DNA of 64,000 nucleotides, from positions 2,656-66,655 of the forward strand of contig JAGQKV010000031.1 in NCBI GenBank assembly GCA_020429915.1, read 5' to 3'. The DNA is from Candidatus Omnitrophota bacterium. GTDB lineage: Bacteria > Omnitrophota > Gorgyraeia > Zapsychrales > Zapsychraceae. The position numbers and the translations under genes are program-made. The notes beneath the pieces were generated by a model. It had not been told where the DNA came from. It did no database searches and saw nothing but the letters and a program-made list of their open reading frames with translations. This document shows positions 57,513 through 64,000 of the stretch, piece by piece. Each line of letters opens with the position of its first letter. The first letter of the stretch is position 1.

Positions 57513-59151
57513 TATGAGACCTGCCTTGCGATTCGTTCTGGGAACAATGACATCTTTAGCCCTCATTTTTCCGGGAACCGCGCTGGCCAATCACCTGCAA
57601 ATCGATAACTATGAGGTGACGGCGATCGACGAGGCCAGCAACATGATGACCTTTACCGGAGATTTCATGTGGGAAAACAGCTGGCGGAATGTCAACAGCA
57701 ACGACGCGGTCTGGGTCTTCGTCAAATATTCCCTCGACGGCGGAGCGACCTGGAACCACGCCAGCATGACATCCAGCGGACTCAATCCCATCGGCTTCGC
57801 CGCTCCGGCGGGCTTCCAGATCGTGGTTCCCAATGACGAGCGCGGATTTTTTCTGGAACCGACGAGCTTCAGCAGCGGTGATGTAAATGTCCAGGGGGTC
57901 AGATTTTCCTGGGATTATGCCCAGGACGGTCTTAGCGATGAACAGGCTATGGCGGCCAATACGATCACCAAGGTTTTCGGTATCGAAATGGTCAAGATTC
58001 CCGAAGGCGCCTTTTACGCGGGCGACGGAAACAGTTCCTCAGCGCATCGCTTTAAGCAAGGTTTGGGTGACAACGATCCGTGGTATATCGAAAGTTCCGC
58101 GGCAATCAATGTCGCCAACGCAGGTAGTGACGGATATTACTACCAAAGCGCCGGAGCCAGCGGAGAGAGTGCCACCGGATCCTCATTCCTGATACCCACG
58201 TCATTTCCCAAGGGTTACAGCGCTTATTATGTGATGAAGTATGAGTTGACTGAAGGGCAATGGGTCAGCTTTTTTAATACTTTAAGTTACGCGCAAAAGA
58301 TGAACCGCGATATTACGGCCGCCAGCCGTGGCGGCAAAAATGCCGATACGATCGTTAACCGCAACACGGTGAGTTGGGATTCCGGCAATCCGCGGGCACA
58401 GGCTAGTACGTCCCGGCCAGACCGCCCGGTGACCTACATCTCGTGGCCGGATTTACTGGCCTACGCCGACTGGGCGGGATTGCGGCCCGTTACCGAACTT
58501 GAGTACGAAAAAGCGGCGCGCGGCGTCGATGTCTTGCCAACAGCTGATGAATACGCCTGGGGCAAGTCGACGTACAACGACGCTCAGGCCGGTGAAATCT
58601 ATCCGAACGCCGACGAGACCGGTCAGGAGCAGATTTTCGACGGTGCGGCCAATCTTAACCGTAACGCGCTCAGCTGGTCATCGGGAGACGGACGGCCCGG
58701 CGGCCCGGCGGACGGACAGAAGGGGCCGCTGCGGGTCGGTATTTTTGCCGAGGACTCCACCAACCGGGTGACGAGCGGCGCCGGATTCTACGGCACCATG
58801 GAGTTGTCCGGCAACCTGGCCGAAATGGTGGTATCGGTCGGCCGTACGGAAGGGCGCAATTTTTTGGGTTCGCATGGCGACGGTATTCTCTCCAGCGCCA
58901 CCGGATATGCCGGTAACGCGACCAACATTGACTGGCCGGGGATTGATCCGGTCGATCCGAACCGCGGCGTGACGTCCACGGTCGGTTCGGGGACCCGCGG
59001 CGGGGACTTTCAATCCGCGGATGTCAGACTGTTCCAGATTTCCACCCGGACTAACGCTACGCGCGACCCGGATAGTGAGGGGTACTACCAGCGTTTCGAT
59101 CCGGCGTTCGGGGTATTCCAGGGGGGCCGTCTGGCTCGCACGGCTCCTTAG
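57499..59151 (+). CDS. secreted FGE-sulfatase-domain protein, paralog B (tandem duplicate of A)
   Basis: It is collinear with A, sharing the YVMKYELTEGQWVSFFN, ...YISWPDLLAYADWAGLRPVTELEYEKAARG, MELSGN and TRGGDF motifs and the same N-terminal domain (…WENSW…NHDAVWV…). It overlaps A by 14 nt. Confidence 0.7.
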   Translation: MMPIDMRPALRFVLGTMTSLALIFPGTALANHLQIDNYEVTAIDEASNMMTFTGDFMWENSWRNVNSNDAVWVFVKYSLDGGATWNHASMTSSGLNPIGFAAPAGFQIVVPNDERGFFLEPTSFSSGDVNVQGVRFSWDYAQDGLSDEQAMAANTITKVFGIEMVKIPEGAFYAGDGNSSSAHRFKQGLGDNDPWYIESSAAINVANAGSDGYYYQSAGASGESATGSSFLIPTSFPKGYSAYYVMKYELTEGQWVSFFNTLSYAQKMNRDITAASRGGKNADTIVNRNTVSWDSGNPRAQASTSRPDRPVTYISWPDLLAYADWAGLRPVTELEYEKAARGVDVLPTADEYAWGKSTYNDAQAGEIYPNADETGQEQIFDGAANLNRNALSWSSGDGRPGGPADGQKGPLRVGIFAEDSTNRVTSGAGFYGTMELSGNLAEMVVSVGRTEGRNFLGSHGDGILSSATGYAGNATNIDWPGIDPVDPNRGVTSTVGSGTRGGDFQSADVRLFQISTRTNATRDPDSEGYYQRFDPAFGVFQGGRLARTAP

Positions 59152-59263
59152 GGTTTCGACATTGCCCGGTACTTATGGTGGGCAAAATTTCATCCTTCCG
59201 GTACGGGGAGCTGAAACAAGTCGAACCATTTGGTTCAGATAACGGTTGGCACTTTCAGGTTTT

Positions 59264-62200
59264 ATGAGAAAATCCACAAAATCAGGCTGGTATCTCCATT
59301 TGCACAGGGCCGTGACGTGTGTCGTCGCGGTTCTGTTTATATTTGCGCAAATTCCGACGGTATCGTATGCGCAATTTACAGGTGGTCCCTTTAGCGGGGA
59401 CGAAGAATCATCCCTTGGTGATGATATCTATACGGGCGGGCCCAATTCGGGCCTTTCGAGTGGCACTTCCCCCAGCGCCGAGTCTTTGTCACACGGCGCT
59501 CCCACCAAACTGGTCTTCACACAATACCCTTCCGCAACAAAGCACAGCGTGGAATTTCGCCGCCAACCGATAATCGAAATCCGCGATGCCAATGACAACC
59601 TTGTCACAACCGACAACTCCACTCAAGTTACGTTGGATATCTTTAACAACCCCGGGGCCGGTGAGTTGCGTGGGACCACGACGCTTACCGCATCCGGTGG
59701 AAAGGTCGAGTTTACCGGCTTGTCCGTTACCACCGCGGGGGAGATGTATTCACTCATTGCCACGGCTCCCGGCCTGACATCGGCCATCTCGGATCCCTTT
59801 GATATCTTTCCGGGTACCGGTGTCAGGCTGGCAGCCGTATGGGATGATTCGGCAAATTCAGGAGACGGGGCCTTCACGATTTATGCATGGATTGAGTCCG
59901 ATGGTAACCGTATGCCTTTGGATGACGGGACCAATGCTATCTGTCGCGCGGCTACGTTGTACAACTCTTCCGGTGCAGGCGAACCAGGGGCTGGTGGAGA
60001 AACACCCGGTGGACGGTTGACGTTCGGGGAAAACCTCGCCCACGATGACACGCTACCGAACAATGCCAGAGACTGGTGTCAATCCGAAGAGTGGACGCCT
60101 TCCGACTTTCTCGATTCGTACTACATCAATGTTTCCGTACGGGACGAAGTGCCTACAGACTATTCCACATACGTAGCCCTACCGACCATTAAACCTTCAT
60201 TATCTGACATAGCTGAGAATTTTAACTGGGACCGCATCGAGGCCATTTTCGATGCGACCGACGACATCAATTGGGAAGACATCAGCGCCATCAAGGCCTC
60301 TACCGATACCATCAATTGGACGGATATCGAGACCCTGCGTTCCGACGTTACCTCTATAAAGGGTGTCACCGATTCGATGACGGCGGCCGGAATCAACTGG
60401 GATGATGTGGGAGTCATGAGTTCGGCCGATATCAATTGGGACGATATCATGCGCTTGACGGTGGCCGGTATCAACTGGACCGACTTCGATGTCTTGAGCG
60501 ACGCGGGCATCAACTGGGCGGATATTGCCGTCCTCAGTCTGGAGGGGATTAACTGGTCCGATCTTGAAGTGATGAGCGAGGCCGGCGTGAACTGGGAAAG
60601 TCTGAACGAACTGACCACCGCCGGCGTCAACTGGTTTGACATCGCCGTGATGAGCGGGGCCGGTGTCAATTGGGCGGATATCGACATCCTGAGTGACGCC
60701 AACATCAACTGGGCCGATCTGCAGTATATGTCCACGGCCTCCGTGAACTGGGATGACATTGCCAAGATGAGCGGGGTCGGGATCAATTGGGACGAGCACA
60801 TCAACTGGGATTCGCTCGCGCAATTAACCAACGCCGGCGTCAACTGGGATGACCTTGTCGAACTTTCCGAGGCCGGGGTGAATTGGGACGACATCGGAGT
60901 GATGTCCACGGCCGGCGTCAACTGGGCCGACATCGACGTGCTCAGCGACGCGGGAATCAATTGGGACGATATCGGCGCTCTGTCATTGGCAGGCATCAAC
61001 TGGGCCGATATCGATGTGTTGAGTGATGCCGGCGTGAACTGGTCCGATCTGACGGTCCTGACCATGGCCGGTATCAACTGGGCGGACATTGACGTATTAA
61101 GTGCGGCGGGGATCAATTGGGCCGACCTGGCCGCCATGTCGACCAGCGCCGTAAACTGGGATGATTTCCGGGTCCTGTCCGAGGCCGGTGTGAATTGGAG
61201 CGATCTGAACGCGTTGTCCACCGCCGGGATCAATTGGACCGACATCGGCGTTATGTCCGATGCGGGGATCAATTGGGCCAATATTCAGGCATTGAGCACG
61301 GCGGGCATCAACTGGGACGACATCAATGTCCTTAGCGACGCCGGCATCAACTGGAGCGATATCGGCGCGTTATCCGTTGCCGGAATTAATTGGCAGGATA
61401 TTGATGTCCTCAGCGACGCGGGTGTTAACTGGAATGATCTGCAGGCATTATCGACAGCGGGGATCAACTGGACGGACATCGATGTGATGAGCGAGGCCGG
61501 CGTCAACTGGTCGGGAATCCAGGCCCTCTCCGTTTCCGGTATCAACTGGACGGACATCGACGTGCTCAGCGAGGCGGGTATCAACTGGAGCGACATCGGC
61601 GCGTTGTCCACCGCCGGCGTGAACTGGCTCGATATCGATGTGCTCAGTGATGCGGGTGTGAACTGGTCCGATCTGCAGGCGTTATCGACAGCAGGCATTA
61701 ACTGGGATGACCTCAACGTACTGTCCGGGACCAACATTAACTGGAGTAATATTGCCGAGCTCTCCGCCGCCGGCGTGAACTGGACGGATATCGACGTGCT
61801 CAGCGGGGCAGGGGTGAATTGGGCGGATATTCAGCAATTATCGACGGCGGGCATCAATTGGTCGGATATTGACGTGCTCAGCGGGGCCGGAGTGAACTGG
61901 TCCGGCATTCAGGACTTGTCGACAGCCGGCATCAACTGGACCGATCTGGATGTTCTCAGCGAAGCGGGGGTCAACTGGTCGGGAATCCAGGCGCTCTCCG
62001 TTTCAGGGATCAACTGGACAGACATCGACGTGCTTAGCGACGCCGGTATCAACTGGGACGATCTGCAGGCGCTCAGTGTGGCAGGCATCAATTGGGCGGA
62101 CATCGACGTCATGTCCGACGCCGGAATCAACTGGGCGGATATCAATGTCCTGAGCGACGCCGGAGTGAACTGGTCGGGAATCCAGGACTTGTCCGTGGCC

Positions 62201-64000
62201 GGCATCAACTGGGATGACATCGATGTGCTCAGCGACGCCGGAGTCAACTGGAACGGTATTCAAGCCTTATCGACCGCGGGTATCAATTGGTCGGATGTCG
62301 ATGTGCTCAGCAGCGCCGGCATCAACTGGTCCGATCTGCAGGCTCTGACGACTACCGGTATCAACTGGTCCGATGTCGATATCCTCAGCGACGCGGGCAT
62401 CAATTGGTCAGATATCGAAGCCTTCTCTAAGGCAGGTATCAACTGGGCGGATATCGATGTCCTGAGCGATGCCGGTATCAACTGGTCCGACATCCAGGCC
62501 ATGACGGTTGCGGGTATCAACTGGTTCGACATCGATGTCCTCAGTGACGCCGGTATCAACTGGGCGGATCTGTCGGCGATGTCGACGTCTTCAATCAATT
62601 GGGATGACATTAATGTCCTGACCTCGGCGGGTGTGAACTGGACCGATCTCTCGGTGTTATCCAAGGCCGGTATCAACTGGGATGATTTCTCCGTTATGTT
62701 CGCGGCCAGTATCAATTGGGATGATATCAGCTCGTTGACCCGCTCCGGTGTCAACTGGTCGGATATTGATGTCATGAGTGACGCGGGTATCAATTGGGCG
62801 AATATCGGCGAGCTGTCTTTGGCCGGTGTCAACTGGGACGACCTGCAGTCGTTGTCGGATGCCGGAATTAATTGGACCGATATCAACGCCTTAAGCACCG
62901 CGGGTATCAATTGGACGGACATTGATGTCCTCAGCGACGCGGGCGTTAACTGGGCGGATATTGCCGTATTGTCCGCGGCGGGCGTGAATTGGGAAGACAT
63001 CGACGTACTCAGCGACGCCGGCATCAATTGGGCGGACCTGGAGGCATTGACGACCGCCGGAATCAACTGGACCGATATCGATGTGCTCAGTACAACGGGT
63101 ATCAACTGGTCGGGTATTCAGGCTTTGTCGGTGGCGGGCATCAACTGGACGGATATCGACGTCTTGAGCGAAGCGGGCATCAACTGGGCGGACATCGGCA
63201 GTTTGTCGGTGGCGGGCATCAACTGGGCAGATATTTATGTGCTGAGTGATGCCGGAGTGAATTGGGCGGATATCACCGTGATGTCGGCAACCGGGATCAA
63301 TTGGGATGATATCCAGGTCCTGTCGGATGCCGGAGTGAATTGGGCGGATATCAATGCCCTGTCGACCAGCGGAATCAACTGGACGGATATCGATGTTCTC
63401 AGTGAAGCAGGCGTGAATTGGGCGGATATCGCGGCGCTGTCGCTGAGCGGTATCAACTGGAATGATCTCGACGTGCTGAGTGATGCCGGAATCAATTGGT
63501 CCGGTATCCAGGCTTTGTCCGTCGCCGGAATCAACTGGGACGACATCGATGTGCTGAGCGATGCAGGCATCAACTGGGATGATGTCAACGCGATGAGCGT
63601 GGCCGGGATCAACTGGGATGACATCGGTGTTTTGAGTGAGGCGGGAGTCAATTGGTCGGATATCGCGGCGCTTAGCGTGGCCGGCATCAATTGGGATGAT
63701 ATCGACGCGCTCAGTACCGCCGGCATCAACTGGGCGGACATTGGCAGCATGTCCACGGCCGGGATCAACTGGACGGATATCGATGTGCTCAGCGGGGCCG
63801 GAATTAACTGGACCGATATTCAGGCCTTGTCCGTCGCGGGCATTAACTGGTCGGATATCGACGTACTCAGTGACGCCAACATCAACTGGCTCGGCATTCA
63901 GTCGCTGTCGGTCGCGGGTATCAACTGGACGGATATCGACGTGCTCAGTGACGCGGGTATCAACTGGGCGGACATTCAAGCCTTGTCGGTGGCCGGAGTA
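59264..64000 (+). CDS. giant secreted tandem-repeat protein (at least 1578 aa, 3' end beyond the window): signal peptide, ~320-aa N-terminal region, then ~95 copies of a 13-aa repeat INWxDIxxLSxAG
   Basis: It starts at ATG 59264 (MRKSTKSGWYLHLHRAVTCVVAVLFIFAQIPTVSYAQ). I hand-translated frame 2 continuously to the window end and found no stop. The only track ORFs over 60.2-64.0 kb are the minus-strand ones rejected below, which fits an incomplete + ORF running off the end, assuming the track omits ORFs that lack an in-window stop. From about 60.22 kb the protein is a 39-nt periodic array. Confidence 0.75.
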   Translation, partial: MRKSTKSGWYLHLHRAVTCVVAVLFIFAQIPTVSYAQFTGGPFSGDEESSLGDDIYTGGPNSGLSSGTSPSAESLSHGAPTKLVFTQYPSATKHSVEFRRQPIIEIRDANDNLVTTDNSTQVTLDIFNNPGAGELRGTTTLTASGGKVEFTGLSVTTAGEMYSLIATAPGLTSAISDPFDIFPGTGVRLAAVWDDSANSGDGAFTIYAWIESDGNRMPLDDGTNAICRAATLYNSSGAGEPGAGGETPGGRLTFGENLAHDDTLPNNARDWCQSEEWTPSDFLDSYYINVSVRDEVPTDYSTYVALPTIKPSLSDIAENFNWDRIEAIFDATDDINWEDISAIKASTDTINWTDIETLRSDVTSIKGVTDSMTAAGINWDDVGVMSSADINWDDIMRLTVAGINWTDFDVLSDAGINWADIAVLSLEGINWSDLEVMSEAGVNWESLNELTTAGVNWFDIAVMSGAGVNWADIDILSDANINWADLQYMSTASVNWDDIAKMSGVGINWDEHINWDSLAQLTNAGVNWDDLVELSEAGVNWDDIGVMSTAGVNWADIDVLSDAGINWDDIGALSLAGINWADIDVLSDAGVNWSDLTVLTMAGINWADIDVLSAAGINWADLAAMSTSAVNWDDFRVLSEAGVNWSDLNALSTAGINWTDIGVMSDAGINWANIQALSTAGINWDDINVLSDAGINWSDIGALSVAGINWQDIDVLSDAGVNWNDLQALSTAGINWTDIDVMSEAGVNWSGIQALSVSGINWTDIDVLSEAGINWSDIGALSTAGVNWLDIDVLSDAGVNWSDLQALSTAGINWDDLNVLSGTNINWSNIAELSAAGVNWTDIDVLSGAGVNWADIQQLSTAGINWSDIDVLSGAGVNWSGIQDLSTAGINWTDLDVLSEAGVNWSGIQALSVSGINWTDIDVLSDAGINWDDLQALSVAGINWADIDVMSDAGINWADINVLSDAGVNWSGIQDLSVAGINWDDIDVLSDAGVNWNGIQALSTAGINWSDVDVLSSAGINWSDLQALTTTGINWSDVDILSDAGINWSDIEAFSKAGINWADIDVLSDAGINWSDIQAMTVAGINWFDIDVLSDAGINWADLSAMSTSSINWDDINVLTSAGVNWTDLSVLSKAGINWDDFSVMFAASINWDDISSLTRSGVNWSDIDVMSDAGINWANIGELSLAGVNWDDLQSLSDAGINWTDINALSTAGINWTDIDVLSDAGVNWADIAVLSAAGVNWEDIDVLSDAGINWADLEALTTAGINWTDIDVLSTTGINWSGIQALSVAGINWTDIDVLSEAGINWADIGSLSVAGINWADIYVLSDAGVNWADITVMSATGINWDDIQVLSDAGVNWADINALSTSGINWTDIDVLSEAGVNWADIAALSLSGINWNDLDVLSDAGINWSGIQALSVAGINWDDIDVLSDAGINWDDVNAMSVAGINWDDIGVLSEAGVNWSDIAALSVAGINWDDIDALSTAGINWADIGSMSTAGINWTDIDVLSGAGINWTDIQALSVAGINWSDIDVLSDANINWLGIQSLSVAGINWTDIDVLSDAGINWADIQALSVAGV
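60220..64000 (+). repeat. tandem array of 39-nt (13-codon) in-frame repeats, with alternating A/B subtypes giving a 78-nt super-period; about 95 units within the window
   Basis: Near-identical units such as atcaactggacggatatcgacgtgctcagcgacgcgggt recur throughout. Consensus A is (G)INW(T/A/S)DIDVLSDAG and consensus B is (G)(I/V)NWSDLQALS(T/V)AG. Confidence 0.9.

Noticed and set aside
60160-63979. Seven minus-strand ORFs in the six-frame track (60160-61281, 60200-60823, 61285-61737, 61909-62247, 62003-62263, 62260-63105, 62891-63979, 63235-63768) with QLIPASL/SQLTPA-type low-complexity translations
   Set aside because: They are the reverse-complement shadow of the 39-nt coding repeats. The + frame 2 is continuous from a signal-peptide start at 59264 and encodes a coherent Trp-containing 13-aa repeat. 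The minus ORFs are fragmented across frames.
60220-64000. Regular ~39-nt periodicity that could be mistaken for a CRISPR array
   Set aside because: There are no unique spacers. Every unit is a variant of the same sequence, with period exactly 39 = 13 codons, in frame with an upstream signal-peptide ORF.

Overview
This is a GC-rich (mid-50s % by eye) bacterial chromosomal window, almost entirely coding and nearly all on the + strand. It looks like an uncultivated or environmental lineage; I cannot assign a phylum from sequence alone.

Working from start to end:
- 1-5.7 kb: a housekeeping block (ligA 3' end, a lipoprotein, XerD-type recombinase, CCA-adding enzyme, rbfA, nrnA-like DHH phosphoesterase, truB, ribF).
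- 5.8-22.2 kb: a complete division/cell-wall (dcw) cluster, mraZ through ftsA, with a near-consensus sigma70 promoter and a triple GTGGA MraZ-box operator. It is unusual in three ways: an extra small ORF sits between mraZ and rsmH, an HExxH zincin-like secreted protein sits between murG and murC, and there is no murB and no ftsZ (the cluster ends at ftsA).
- 22.5-42.4 kb: an accessory stretch. It holds an orphan receiver-domain response regulator with small membrane/zinc-ribbon proteins, a class V aminotransferase, a NupC nucleoside transporter, DUF924, a coiled-coil protein plus a ydbH/ynbE/ydbL-like triad, a CBS protein, a Pif1-like helicase, a secreted MsrB, LemA with DUF3137-like and macro-domain proteins, xseA (with an internal in-frame duplication) and xseB, an NRAMP-like transporter, and a GT-C (ArnT/PMT-like) glycosyltransferase next to a GT2-methyltransferase fusion and a TPR lipoprotein.
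- 42.5-47.8 kb: tRNA-Arg(TCG), then gcvT-gcvH-gcvPA-gcvPB and a lipoate-protein ligase.
- 47.9-52.5 kb: an EF-hand secreted protein, an S41 peptidase and a GT2/DUF2304/methyltransferase/GT2 cluster.
- 53-64 kb: the most striking locus. It contains a membrane protein, an outer-membrane secretin, a TPR protein and two tandem paralogous secreted proteins with FGE-sulfatase (SUMF1/GldJ/GldK-type) domains. Last comes a giant signal-peptide protein whose body is about 95 near-identical 39-nt (13-aa, 'INWxDIxxLSxAG') tandem repeats and which runs off the window end.

I propose this last locus as a candidate, previously undescribed surface adhesin/secretion module.
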